NCBI GenBank assembly: GCA_965644265.1
Contig: OZ286464.1
Location: forward strand, 13,268,001 to 13,332,000
Length of the DNA stretch: 64,000 nucleotides
Reading direction: 5' to 3'
Source: Glycera tridactyla
Lineage: Eukaryota
The translations under genes were made by a program, and so were the position numbers. Positions 33,061-46,329 of the stretch are shown in pieces (position 1 is the first letter of the stretch; each line of letters begins with the position of its first letter). A model generated the notes under the pieces. The model did not search any database. It saw only the letters and a list, made by a program, of their open reading frames with translations, and had not been told where the DNA came from.

Positions 33061-34720
33061 TACCTCCCTCTCCCCTGGGCATCAGCTCTCAGCCTTTGGT
33101 GTATATCTATATAAGTACCTAGGCTCAGAGTGGTGTCCTACCGGGGATTGGGTTGACTTTCAACAAAAAAGGGCTAGAAGATGAATCACTGGGCAGAAGA
33201 GATTGTTACGAGAGCGATGGATCAAGTGAATGTGGAAGAAGAGATGGAGACAGATGGATGACTACTGAGAAGTTTGAAGAAGAATGCAGGACACAAAATA
33301 CAGTAGGATGACCACGGCATTCATACATTACAGAGAAGTTTGACCAAGTATAGTGGGAATTACCAAGATATTCATGAATCACAGTGAAGTCTGAATATGA
33401 AGAATGCAGTCACTAAGTATATTAGAATCACCAAGGCATTCATGTATCAAGAGCCTGCCTAGTATTGTGCATTTTGTCAGCATGTTATTTTGTTTGTTTG
33501 AAGTTTAACGGCATGTATTTGTCAGCATGTGGATAATTTGTACATTAACCTGCATGTTTGATATGATCAATATTCAAACTCCTAGTAGATAAGTATGACA
33601 AACCAATAGGCTTTACCCTATATCATCCCGATGTGTTTTGAACATTCTTGTAGTTCTAGCTGTTTTACCAGATTCGAGCCCATTACCTCCCTCTCCCCTG
33701 GGCATCAGCTCTCAGCCTTTGGTGTATATATATATAAGTACCTAGGCTCAGAGTGGTGTCCTACCGGGGATTGGGTTGACTTTCAACAAAAAAGGGCTAG
33801 AAGATGAATCACTTGGAGAGGAGAGATCTGTGACAAGAGCAATGGAACGAGTGAATATGGAAGAAGAGATGAAGACAGATGGATGACAACTGAGAAGTTT
33901 GAAGAAGAATGCGGCGGCAAAATACAGTGGGATCACCACAGCATTCATACATTACAGAGGGATTACCACAGCATTCATACATTACAGAGAAGTTTGACCA
34001 AGTATAGTAGGATTACCAAGATATTCATGAATCACAGAGAAGTCTGAATATGAAGAATGCAGTCGCCAAGTATATTAGAATCACCAAGGCACTCACGTAT
34101 TAAGAGCATGCCTAGTATTGTGCATTTTGTCAGCATGTGACTAATTTGTACATTAACCTGCATGTTTGATATGATTGGATGACTACAGAGAAGTTCAAAG
34201 ATGAAGAATGTGGTCACAAAATACAGTAGGATTACCAAGACATTCATACATTACAGAGAAGTTTGACCGAGTATAGTAGGATTACTGAGATATTCATGGA
34301 TCACAGAGAAGTTTGAATAAGGAGAATGCAGTCACCAAGTATAGCGGTCCACACAATCTTGAAACATTCATAAAGGCAGGTGTTCAGAGGTCTCTTGATG
34401 TTAGTTGATCACATTCCTGTTAAACTTAAAGCCTTCAGGAAACATATGGCACCAAATCATGATGGAGCTAGAGAGTATTATGATTTGATAACCAAATCAT
34501 CATTATTATGAGTATTATGAGATGACTCAAAGTACACCTTCACAAGCATTACCAAGACATTAACGTATCACAAATATCACAAATGTCTATTGTTGTGCAT
34601 TTTGTCAACATGTGAACAATTTGTGCATTAACCAGCAAGTTTGATATATTTAATATTCATACCCCTAATAGGCAAGTATAACAAACCAATGGCTTTCACC
34701 CTGCATCATCTTGATATACT
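33061..34720. repeat. 623 bp tandem duplication with internal AAGAATGCAGTC../CATTACAGAGAAGTTTG subrepeats
   Basis: TACCTCCCTCTCCCCTGGGCATCAGC at 33061 and 33684; partial third copy near 34600. Confidence 0.85.
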
Positions 34721-34899
34721 TTTTTGCATATACAGTTGTTTCACCATACACTACAAGCCTATCACAACGGGGACTCGAGCTACACTGCATTATTGAGTCC
34801 CCGTTGTGATAGGCGTCACCTACTACTGCTAATGATCAATGGATACCAGCTGCATAGGTCAGATCCGGCAAAATGTGTGGTGAAGCAATTATTATTCAT

Positions 34900-35960
34900 A
34901 CCAAACACCATCACAAATATGAGCCAATAGATGATAATACTTCCCGTTTCCAGTTCAGGCGGTCAGACAGTTCCGAATTTTCGAGTCTCTGGATACATTT
35001 GGCGGGGTGCTACTGTCTGGGTCAGATGGTGGTGTATCTTGAGCTGATTGATCCTGCTGTATGGGCCGATTTGCGGATAACTTTTCTAGGTTGCTCTTCA
35101 GCATGGCAATTATGCATCCATTCTATTTTAGCTCACTGTTACGTATCTGCGTCGAGAGGCTAAGCATTTCTCCACTCACTTCTGTTAGCAGTGCCTCACG
35201 AATTTTTCTGGTGATTTCTGGTTTTATTTCGACTGTGATCTCTTTCTCAAATTTGGGCTTGATTTTGGATATAATCTCTCGTTTTAGCTTTTCCAATGTA
35301 TCGGTTGGGATCTTGGTCAGCTGAGGGGTGGATGTCGCCTGGGTGCTTTTGTGTGCCGAGACCTCTGTTGCAGTTTAATTGCTCGCAGCGTCATGTCCAG
35401 GCTCCTTCGCTGGCTGGTTTTCCGTTATGCTCGCTTGCAGATCAAGCATATCCCATCCGTCTAGCTCTCAAAGGGGCTTATATCCGTATTATTGTGGATA
35501 GGGGGACTCATTCTCTGAGTCTCTTGGGTTTTGGCCTGGGGAATCGACCTAGCATCTTCATCCTCCTCATCTATGCCCTCTTCCGTACTACTTTCTGCGT
35601 CAGATGCATTTGACAATTCTCCGATCTCACTCAGCTCAATTAGGCTGTCATTATGACAAGGTGGGGGAGGCCATGCGATGCCTCCTCTTTCTCTTTCTTT
35701 CAGACCTCCCTTTTTTAGAGGACTTGGTCTTATCAACAGGTTTGACTGTGGGTGTTTCAGACGTGGTGATGTTCACACCTGCGATTGCGTCGGAATCGGT
35801 GTTAGTGTCGGGATTAGAACCAGCTGTTAGCGTTATTAGCGTTATGCTTCCCTGAGTGCCGCTAAGCTGCGACTCAGGTATTTCTGCGTTCAAATCTTCA
35901 ATCAGATTCTTGACTGGGTCAGTTCTGGGCTCTTCATTTTCATGGTCGTCATTGAGGGAC
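34900..35960 (-). pseudogene. Decayed retroelement ORF1/Gag-like coiled-coil ORF
   Basis: Frameshifted fragments: acidic/Ser-rich N-part, KRKRRHR, and coiled-coil-like EITRKIREALLTEVSGEMLSLSTQIRNSELK; no catalytic motif seen. Confidence 0.4.
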
Positions 35961-36397
35961 GTATTTTCAGTGTGTGTTATACTACTGTGGATCTAATAAC
36001 CGAGGACATTGCATCGTTTTTGTGATCTCCGTTGGAGATCACTATGCTACCACCTCTCTGCTCGAAATGCTTTCTAACTTCGCCGATTCTGACTCTCGAG
36101 GCCAATATAATCAAACGAATCTTGATTGGATCTGTGTACAAGGATCGAATGATCTAATCTGACACAATTTTAAGATGATTTATTGATCCAATGAACGACA
36201 ATCTGAGGAAATGTAGCGATTGCGTAATAGGCATTTCTCCATACATTCGTTTTTGTTGCCGATTACCGCAGCACACTGATCCCGACAGCTTGGATGATGA
36301 TGTGCTGCGCACGCTTCATTCGTCTACCCATGCAAGACATGTGTATGTGAGAGGTGCTGTCTCTGAATTCCGTAAATCACGACGAGCTATGGCATTC

Positions 36398-36441
36398 TCC
36401 CTCTCTGTCTCTCTGTCTCTCTGCCTCTCTGTCTCTCTATA

Positions 36442-36472
<31 letters not shown>

Positions 36473-36487
36473 CTGTCTCTCTCTCTC
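36398..36487. repeat. (CT)n/(CTGT)n microsatellite
   Basis: Direct reading. Confidence 0.95.
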
Positions 36488-36503
36488 GGAGATCTCACTG
36501 CGC

Positions 36504-36656
36504 ACCTGCAGGCTGTTCAGTTGAGCTAACGGAGAAAACGTTTGCCAAATCCTCTACCAAATATTCTCTATCATAAGTGTGTCAAAAAAGAATGGGCACC
36601 CTCTTTCCGTTACGTAACGTTAGCGATTGTTAGCTGCAACTGAACAGCCTGCAGGT
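36504..36656. mobile_element. Small foldback/MITE-like element, ~27 bp inverted repeats
   Basis: ACCTGCAGGCTGTTCAGTTG-AGCTAAC (36504-36530) vs GTTAGCTGCAACTGAACAGCCTGCAGGT (36629-36656); no TSD seen. Confidence 0.6.
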
Positions 36657-36734
36657 CCTTTGGCTGCCTAGCATTGGAAGGGTGCAGGGTTCGAGAACCG
36701 GTCTGACCAGCGTCCATTGAGTTCAAATCCCCCC

Positions 36735-37250
36735 TCGCGCGCCTCTGGCATGACTCACGAAAATCGTCTCGCACATGACATCTCGGCGGGACGGACAGAC
36801 TTGAAGTCGACAAGAAATCGTAAGCACGTATCCTTGCGTATCTTGCATATTCTCGCTGATAACGCTCACATTTGACATGATTTAGTTTGTATCTAGGTGA
36901 CCTCCCCCAGGGGACGCTATTCGTATTTGCCATCCGAGTAACTGACCACAGACCCTTTCCACTATCTGACATCTGACCACCTATGTCTGTGTGTGAATCT
37001 GTGATTGCTGTGTGTTAGCGTACCCCTGACCGCTTCATCACATATCTCGTTCTGCTATTTCCTCTTACAAACTCTATGTGTGTACTCGTAACCCCGTGTA
37101 AATATCATGTATATGTATCCAACACAATAAAGAATTCTGTATTCTGTATTCTGTATTCTGAACTCTGTATCCTTTATTGTCATGATATGTATTGTTGTTG
37201 CAATGTATTACTCACCTGTACTGTATGCATTATTTATGCGGAGCACAACG
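36735..37250 (+). repeat. 5' LTR (contains a 272 bp insertion)
   Basis: CTCGCGC..GGCGGGACGGACAGA..GTAAGCACGTATCC..CTCACATTTGACATGATTTAG is shared with 53277-53510. Confidence 0.8.
36894..37165 (+). mobile_element. 5'-truncated CR1/L2-type LINE or SINE 3' end inserted in the 5' LTR
   Basis: AATAAA followed by an (ATTCTGT)n tail; TSD TGTATC at 36888 and 37166; the 3' LTR shows the empty site. Confidence 0.8.
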
Positions 37251-37252
37251 AA

Positions 37253-37263
37253 TGGTGTTGGAA
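37253..37263 (+). promoter_or_regulatory. Degenerate primer-binding site
   Basis: TGGTGTTGGAA just after the LTR end, resembling TGGTGTCAGAAG-type PBS. Confidence 0.45.
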
Positions 37264-37516
37264 AAAATGTCAGTAGAAAGGTGATAGGTTCCCAGATTCT
37301 GGATTATTCATTGGTCGACCTTTCAAATCATACATACACAAGCTACATGCCTTGTAAATGTTAATAGAAAGGTGATATTTCACTGAAGTGAAATTATTTT
37401 GAGTGAATTGCGCTCATTCCGTGAATTTGTCAAAAAATTCTGGCAGAGCATTCCTGAGATTTGCAGAAATTCCTGTGTTGGTTATGTGATCCCACTGCCG
37501 GTCAAATTTTGCTAGT

Positions 37517-39300
37517 ATGGTTTGTCGTCAGGTTCGCGCAAACATCGTCATGTCGTTCGATATTATCAAGATTTTGTCAGCAACAGCTGAACAACTCCAA
37601 CAGTTACCACAAATTGGTTCACAATGCGCCAAAAAACCATTGGTCCATTTAGAAGATTTGGCCCGTACATCTGAGATGAGTATTCAGAACTGGCGGAGCT
37701 ACAAGAATGAAGGGAGAATATTGTTACCCTTGGAAGAATTGTGGGAATATTATCAGGAAACCAAAACTGAAGATGTGGCTGATTTACATTCCAAATTGGA
37801 AGAATTGCAGCAGTAACATAGACAAGTTTGCAAAGAATTAGATGAGAAATCAGATGCATTGGTTTCTGTTAACGTACGTGCTCAAGAGGCAGAAACTAAT
37901 TTTCAAACTCGTCTTGCAATAGAACTGGCAGATCAGGAGAAAAAATTTGCTCAGGAATTGATTGACTTGCATGCAAAATTCATTCAGGAACAGGCAGTCA
38001 TTGATGATGAACATACAAAACAGATGCAAGTCATGCAGGATGCCTTGGATGAGGCAAGAGACATTTCCGGAATACCAGCTGATTATCAGATGAAAATGAC
38101 ACAACTAAGCTAAAGTTGAATCCATGGAGGCTGATTATCTGAATTTATCTGCTGATGGGGCTGAATTGGATCTTAAGTTTCAAGCATCTATAGCCAGACA
38201 CAAATCGTAACTGGCAAGCAAACAAGATGTGGTGGCCAACTGGCATCAATGAGTGCAGATAGGCAATCTTTGGAAGAAGCTGTGAAGAAGGGATGTAAGT
38301 GGAGAGAGGAGTTAGTCCAGGGATCCCACATGATCACAGTGAGACGCAGAGAAGAGTTGGGGTCTGTCCATGCGGGCTACAACTCTGAAGTAGAACGGTT
38401 GAACATGGAAATTGTAGCATTAAAAGAGGAGTTGCGCGAAAGAGACAGAATCAGAGATAGCACTGATATTTCTGGAAGAGTTGAAGGGATGTTTCGGGAA
38501 ATAATGAAGGCTGTGGGACAACCACCTGCAACATCGAGGAAGACTGAGTCGGTGCAACCTCATCCTGAAGAGTTCAATACAATACAACATATTATTCCAG
38601 ATGATGCTATTAACCATCGCGGAGTACATCCTGTCTCAAATATCATGGAGTCTCAGTACCATGGTGATAGATCAGATTTGCATACTCAAGAATTCACCAT
38701 ACATGGTAGTCCAGCGCCATTCGCGACTCAAGGTGGATACCAGCCAACAGCACAACAGTTTGGACAAGTAGGTGAGTACTTCCCTGGTGGTCATTCATGT
38801 GATAGGGAGGGGAGGCCATTTGGACAGCCAGAGAGGACAGAGTATACTCCATTGGATTATATGAGGACTCATGGTATTGGTAAGAAATCCCATATTGATC
38901 ATCATGAGGCCCATATTTTCCAACATTTACTGAGTTATCATTCGGGGAGACGGAGCAAAGCGATCAAGTACGTCTATGCACAGTCGACATCTTTTCGCCG
39001 AGATTATTGCTGACTGGTGAAAGGTCTAGACAGAAAGTTTGGGGAGGCAGAGCTGCCTAGTATGAAGCACAGACAGCTGCAATCTGCATGTCGAAAAGAA
39101 GAGGAAAGCTTAGAAGACTGGGCCGATCGTGCAGGTCAGTTGGTCCGAGAAAGTTATCGTCATGGTGATGATGATACGATTGAAGAAATGGCAGTGGAGA
39201 CGTTCCTGAAAGGATGCCGTCACAAGCATGCTGTCTTTACAGCTGCTGACAAATCTCCAGAGTTGATATCAGCTGCTGTGAAGTTCGTCAAAACTGCATC
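37517..39300 (+). pseudogene. gag: Gypsy gag 5' part: HhH, coiled coil, capsid domain
   Basis: SATAEQLQQLPQIGSQCAKK..LEDL (HhH); LDRKFG..ESLEDWADRA..F.KG capsid motif; several stops. Confidence 0.8.
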
Positions 39301-39434
39301 AAATACAAATACAAATACAAATAACTTTATTTCAAGTCGTCAATGCAATTAAATACAAATGTGCATCGGTCTTCAGGATGACGACAGAAATCACCACGCA
39401 TAAACTATGATGATGAATAATGTACAGATGGAGT

Positions 39435-42400
39435 TCATGAAGGATGATTGTATGAAAGAGTTGACCCAGTGCGTTTAAAGACATGATACGAGAGCTTTGG
39501 CAAAACTGGTCGGTATCTTGTTTGTCCTAGATGGAGTATTTGATCTAGGTATTTTAGCTCCTTAATAAATGTCTTGAAGCCATTTGTTTCCATGCCCTCT
39601 ACTATTGGGTTTGTGCTTAATAATTTATTCCAACGAATTGCTGAGCAATATCGGAAGTTCTTTTCACTGAAACGATATCTAGTTTTTGGGATATCTAGAA
39701 GTTTTATCTCAGTCAATCGAGTTTCATGACTGTGGGTTGTGTGTTTCAGCTTCACCAATGGATCGCATTTGAAATCTCCATTTAGTATTTTCTTAACATG
39801 GATCAGCTCCTGATCACATCTCCTGTCGAAAAGCATCCTACAGTCCAATTCGTTGTGGAGTTTCCTTGTATCATATCGTTTTGGTTTGCGACCCACACAG
39901 CGCAGCGTCATGTTTTGTAATTTTTGTAGTGTTTGACTGTCTCTCTGAGAGAGACAATTAAAAATCACATTTCCGTAATCGAATATAGGGAGCCCTAGTG
40001 AGCGATATAGCAAGAGAGCTGTTTCAGAGGAAATATACCGTCTTAAACGATGTGACATACCAATTTTGCCAGTGACCTTGGATTGAATGTATTGCACATG
40101 CTTATCAAAACACAAAGTTGTGTCTAACATGATACCTAGATATTTGCATTGTGGTAGTTGTGGTACATCGGTATCCGCACTGCTCAAATTTATGCTTGAA
40201 AACTTCTTTACAATATGCGGCAACCCAAAGGTCATGAATGTAGTCTTCTTCAGGTTTAATGACAATTTGTTCATTTTCATCCATATAATGATTTTTTCCA
40301 AGATGCTTGATAAGCAAAGTCGAAGACATTCTGGTGAGCTACTTGACATACTGACTGCTGTATCATCAGCATATAGAGATGTTGAGATCTTGCTGATATC
40401 CACTTCATGAGGCGAGATATTTCCGGTAATGATATCATCTGTCGCTACTGCTTGGAGTAGGTCAGATTCGGCGCCCCTCAGGAATTCTGGCAGATCATTT
40501 ATGTAAAGCGAGAACAAAAAGGGCCCTAAGATTGATCCCTGAGGGACGCCGCATGTTATAGGCAGTTCTGAAGAAAGAGAAGTGCCTACTTTCGTCACAC
40601 ATCTGCGTTCTGTCAAGTAGCTGCCAAACCAAGCTCTAGATATCTCATCAAATCCATATCTCCTCAGTTTCCCAATTAGGAGCACATGGTCTACTGTGTC
40701 GAAAGCCTTCCTTAAATCCAGAAAGATCGTCCCAGTGGCCCTTCCCCGCTCAGCATTTAGGTAAATATTATCCAAATACTTGAGCAGGCAAGTACCAGTG
40801 GAATGGCCTTTCCGGAAGCCAGACTGCTCCCGACACAGCAGTCCCATGCGCTCTACAAAATCATATACTTACGAATGCACTAGACGCTCAAGTAATTTAC
40901 TTGAAGCAGATAACAAACTCATGGGTCGATAGTTGCTAGGTTGCGAGTGGTCACCCTCCTTAAAAAGAGGGATAATCGTAGCTATCTTCCAAATATCTGG
41001 AAATATACCGTCTTAAACGATGTGACATACCAATTTTGCCAGTGACCTTGGATTGAATGTATTGCACATGCTTATCAAAACACAAAGTTGTGTCTAACAT
41101 GATACCTAGATATTTGCATTGTGGTAGTTGTGGTACATCGGTATCCGCACTGCTCAAATTTATGCTTGAAAACTTCTTTACAATATGCGGCAACCCAAAG
41201 GTCATGAATGTAGTCTTCTTCAGGTTTAATGACAATTTGTTCATTTTCATCCATATAATGATTTTTTCCAAGATGCTTGATAAGCAAAGTCGAAGACATT
41301 CTGGTGAGCTACTTGACATACTGACTGCTGTATCATCAGCATATAGAGATGTTGAGATCTTGCTGATATCCACTTCATGAGGCGAGATATTTCCGGTAAT
41401 GATATCATCTGTCGCTACTGCTTGGAGTAGGTCAGATTCGGCGCCCCTCAGGAATTCTGGCAGATCATTTATGTAAAGCGAGAACAAAAAGGGCCCTAAG
41501 ATTGATCCCTGAGGGACGCCGCATGTTATAGGCAGTTCTGAAGAAAGAGAAGTGCCTACTTTCGTCACACATCTGCGTTCTGTCAAGTAGCTGCCAAACC
41601 AAGCTCTAGATATCTCATCAAATCCATATCTCCTCAGTTTCCCAATTAGGAGCACATGGTCTACTGTGTCGAAAGCCTTCCTTAAATCCAGAAAGATCGT
41701 CCCAGTGGCCCTTCCCCGCTCAGCATTTAGGTAAATATTATCCAAATACTTGAGCAGGCAAGTACCAGTGGAATGGCCTTTCCGGAAGCCAGACTGCTCC
41801 CGACACAGCAGTCCCATGCGCTCTACAAAATCATATACTTACGAATGCACTAGACGCTCAAGTAATTTACTTGAAGCAGATAACAAACTCATGGGTCGAT
41901 AGTTGCTAGGTTGCGAGTGGTCACCCTCCTTAAAAAGAGGGATAATCGTAGCTATCTTCCAAATATCTGGAAAGATACCTTCTTTGATACTGCGGTTGAA
42001 AATCCTGGTTAACAAGGGTGCAATTGTGTCAACACATGATACAAGTATTTTGACTGGAGCTCCATCATCTCTACATGCTTTTGAAAGGTTTTGTGCTAAT
42101 ATAAGCTCCCGTACCTGTTGGTCATGTACAGTGGACAAGGTGAAAGCATCAGTGAAGTGGACCGGCAGGGAGGAGAAGGGACCTTCTACAGTGTTATCTT
42201 TTTGTTCTGATAGTCTACAACCAACATTTGCAAAGAAATCATTTAGCTGATTAGAAATCTCATCAGGAGTCGTGGAATCATTTATCTTATTTATTTCAGT
42301 GGATGATTTGCCATTTTTCCAAAACTCTCTTATTGTCTCCCTCATATTCAGACAGTTTCTCATCCAAATAGTTTTTCTGAAGCGAGCGTTTCAATTTGCT

Positions 42401-43560
42401 TGTTTCTTTCAGCAATCTTTCCTTTTCTAACCTATTTGCTTCAGACAGACAGCACCTAAATTTCTCACTTGCTTTCTCACGTAATCGTACCTCATCCAAA
42501 TAATGGCCTGTCATCCACTCTGGGCATTGCTCTCTTACACGATATCTACGTGGAGGTATCTGCCGGTTCACCACTCCACTGATACATTCAAAAATCAATT
42601 GAGTACATTCATCGACTGACAAAAAATCATTATTCATCACACTCGTCCAATCATAGCTCCGCAGTTGTTCATTTATGGCATCATAATCTGCACGCTTGAA
42701 ATTGCGTAGGTAGATATATTTACTTTTCTTGTTTTGTCTTTCTTTCTTACGGGTCGTGAATATCATTGCATGATCAGAAAGACCTAGGTCCACGACACCC
42801 GCCATGTGGTATTGTTCTTTATTGGATACGTAGATATGATCTATATTTGTTTCACTTTGTGAGGTGACTCTAGTATACTTATTCATCATTTGTGATAGGT
42901 GATTTGCATAGCAAAAATTTTTGACAATAGTCTTATTTGGGGTCTCCTTTGACAGGTCTATATTGTCATCTCCTAAAATAATGAAATCACAGATCCCAAG
43001 TCCGGAGATATCCAGTAGCTTGTTGTCTAATATATCAGAGGCAAATTTCTGGTTTCCTTTTGGAGGACGATACAGTCCGCAGATATATGTCGGGCGAGTG
43101 TGAGGCAGGTGTAGCTTTACCCATATACATTCGACATCATTATTACAAATTGTCCATTCGGGGATGAATTCAACCATAGAATCTGAGCAATAATAGATTA
43201 GAAGTCCTCCTCCGCCTCTTAATCCAGCCCCTCCATCTCGGTCTGAACGGATCATTTTATAACCAGGGATTGATAGTTCGTTCGAAGTAATTGAGGAATT
43301 TAGGAAAGTTTCTCCCAATACTAAGATACTTAAATTACTATCTCTCAGGAGAACTTCGATGTCAATTAGTTTGCAAGTGACACTTCTTATATTCAAGTAT
43401 GCCATACTTATACCATTTAATGCACGCAAATCTTTGGCACAGGTCACCTGGCCAATGGTGTCTGGTTTGATTCTTGGAATCTCTTGTGGGAGGCGGTCAT
43501 TTTTCAGAGGCAGGTTTGGACTTCCATTTCGACAAATGGCGATATTTGCTTGTACATTTG
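39435..43560 (-). pseudogene. LINE ORF2: AP endonuclease plus reverse transcriptase
   Basis: APE: LNIRS, GETFL, YRPP, GDDNID, IDHIY, SDH. RT: YRPMSLL, QSGFR, LDLRKAFDTV, GVPQGSILGP, YADD. One frameshift at ~42.3 kb, a stop at 41839, and the duplication. Confidence 0.95.
40029..41973. repeat. 970 bp tandem duplication inside the RT
   Basis: Apparently identical ORFs at 40087 and 41057; GGAAA microhomology at 40029, 40999 and 41969. Confidence 0.95.
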
Positions 43561-44869
43561 GGTCAAAGTGATGAAAATGAGTATGAGATGATTGTGAATT
43601 GGCTAACTTTGTTAGCTTAACTTATGTAATTAATTATAAACAAAGAACAAAAACAACAAAAAGTTTGTTGCGCAATGGTATGAAGGAGATGTTTTAGACG
43701 AAACAGAACGGACATCAATTTTATATCCACAAATTAGTTATCAAATAGAAGAAAAGTTTCAAAATAAAAGAAGAAGGGGAATATATTTTATGTTTATAGC
43801 AATGGCACCAGATATATTATCTTACATCATTTCAGGATACCAGGCATCCCTGATTTTCCTTGATGATGCTCTTTCTGGCCTTTTAACATATTCTGATTTT
43901 GTCTACTCAGACCATTACTTTGACTTGGGGTCAGGACACCAGATGTCTCCAATTTTCCCTACATCAAGTCGCTTGACCAGTTTACTGTTTCCCTCAATAT
44001 CTCCTCCATAGAAATATCAAAAGAATTTTCATGAGAAATATCGTGCTCTTCATCCGTTTGTTTTGATTTGAAGAGAATCTGATATCATGTCCCTGGTGGT
44101 TGCTTCAGAGACAATCACGATCAAAAAACAAAATCAAATACAAAATTCAATCAGATCGAATCAAATCAGCCACTATCATACGGGCATCTGAAGCATAATT
44201 AAGTTATTATACAAAAGAAATTGTGCAATAAAAGGAGATCCATGCCTGGGGGCCACATCTGTCTCAGCATATCATATCATATGTCAGCTATTTAGACATT
44301 TAGAAATCACGGTATCATTGTCACGGGCATCACTTGAGTCAGAGTGCAACTGCAGGGCTCAGAATATGATTTGAATACTAAAAAGATACAAAACATAAAT
44401 TCTCATTTTTTGTACTCTGCCCACAGATTAGGCTTTCTGCTAACGGGATGTCAAATTCGGGCATTTAACAGCAACAGCAGAGTATGGGCTGAAATTTAAA
44501 CTTGAGAGAGAGCATCCAAACTTACATTTTCCACTCTACATGGATTTCACTAGTATACAACAATTATTAATTTCAGGTATCAGGGGAATAGAGACAAAAA
44601 CCTATGGGAGAAACTTTTAATTGCCCTTGTGCTACTTGATTTGGATGCACAGGTTTGATTTTTGTTCAACACACAAACCGTAATGTGATTTACTTACACA
44701 CTATATGCAACAGGCCCCTAGTTAGTAGGCAGCTCCCAGGTCACTACCTATCAGGACACCAGGTCTCCCTTATTATCCTTGGAGGCAATCACATGGGAGC
44801 TGCCTTCCCTCCAGAAGGTACTGTTCGTTTGATGACCATTTAAGTAATCTTAAACAGTTAAACATAAGT

Positions 44870-46003
44870 AATCATGGTAATCTCAAACTGCAGCTCATCA
44901 ATTGTGAGCAGGTGTGTTTCAGTTTTAGGATCTTTCTTTTCCGATCATACTCTCATCTGTTCCCATTCAAGTACAGAGTCATACTCACATCTGTTCATTC
45001 TCTTCCACGCACCTTACTCATCATTCCATTCAATGTCAGATTCAGTCAGGGCTAGTTCTTCCAATTGTCTAGCTTTCCTTGATTTCTTAATAATACATCC
45101 CTGGTGGAGGTCGATCCAATGGTTCATAGGCCCACCCACCATGTCCAGGATCATTGTGAGGTACCTCTTGTCAGTAAGGTGTTTGGTGTCACTGTTTTGG
45201 AAACCTTTGATGATTTCCCCAATCATGCGCCTTCTGGGTCTAATTTTCTTCTTTACTCTGAATGATGGTGGAGTAGGAGCAGGTTTACAAGTTATAGACT
45301 CATACAGATGTTGGACATACGAGTACCGAATTGTTTCTGGGGAATGTGCATTGCGGTCATTTCTTACAAAACTGTCAAGGCTGACTGCTACTTGTTTGGT
45401 CGCAGGTTTCCAGTATGATCTCCATAGAATTGGAGGACAGTAGAAGACAGAATTTGGTTACAGTCCACGCAGCATCCAGATTGTTGATTGAATTTTCAAA
45501 TATAGGTCAGCTAAGAACTCATGTTGCATTTTAGAGATCCTTTTCTTCTCTAGACGTGGGTCAGTATGAGGCAATCTTTTTACTCTTTGATCAGAAGTGT
45601 CAGCATCATTTGACCCCAAAACAAGGATGACGTAAATGGGTTCAGGGCAGACAGCTTTAATTTTTGCATGAGTGTTTCCATCCCTTCTTGCTCTTATTTT
45701 GGCAATAAGCTCACTCTTTTCACCATGGTCTGGAATGAATCTTCCACGAAATTCATTTTCAAAATTCGACCATGTGCTTCCTCCAATGCCAAAGAAATGC
45801 CATGATCCGATGTATGATTTTACTGTTGGAGACTCACTAGTTTTAATGCAATCACCCATTCTCCTTGCATGGCTTGACCCAGTGACAACTATCGTAGGTT
45901 TACCAATCTGTTCGAGTACAGTGCGGCGTTCGAAGATCGGACAGTTTGTCTCAGCTATGTCCAAGCAAGCTGTTGCTTGTGCATCCGCCTCCCCAATCGT
46001 CAT
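44870..46003 (-). pseudogene. SGNH/GDSL hydrolase (esterase) ORF within the LINE
   Basis: Block I VTGSSH, block II GIGGST, block III LGSND, block V DTKHL; a single frame with stops at 45458 and 45014. Confidence 0.8.
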
Positions 46004-46329
46004 CTGTCAAAAAAGTTAGAATTCATTGCATCACATTTCAGACGGAATTTCAGTTTATGATTTTATTTGTTGTGCTATTTGTGTGGCTCATTCTTAAGCG
46101 CGAGATCCTAGATGTAACTCATAAGTGCACGCAAAAATGTTCATGTATTGTGTCGTATTTACATAGATAGCGATAATACCATGCGCTCGAAATAGGTCAG
46201 GTCACGACCGGTCAGGTCAGGTCATAGGTCAAGTGCCGGAACACTTGTACCTCGCAAGATCACTCAAAATAGTGCCAAAATAGTCAGAAAGTGTTTATAA
46301 TACTGACCGCTGTGTTCGGCGTATGTTCC

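Noticed and set aside
36398-36487. (CT)n as a Maverick right terminus
   Set aside because: It lies beyond an unrelated ORF1-like remnant, with no matching left end or TSD.
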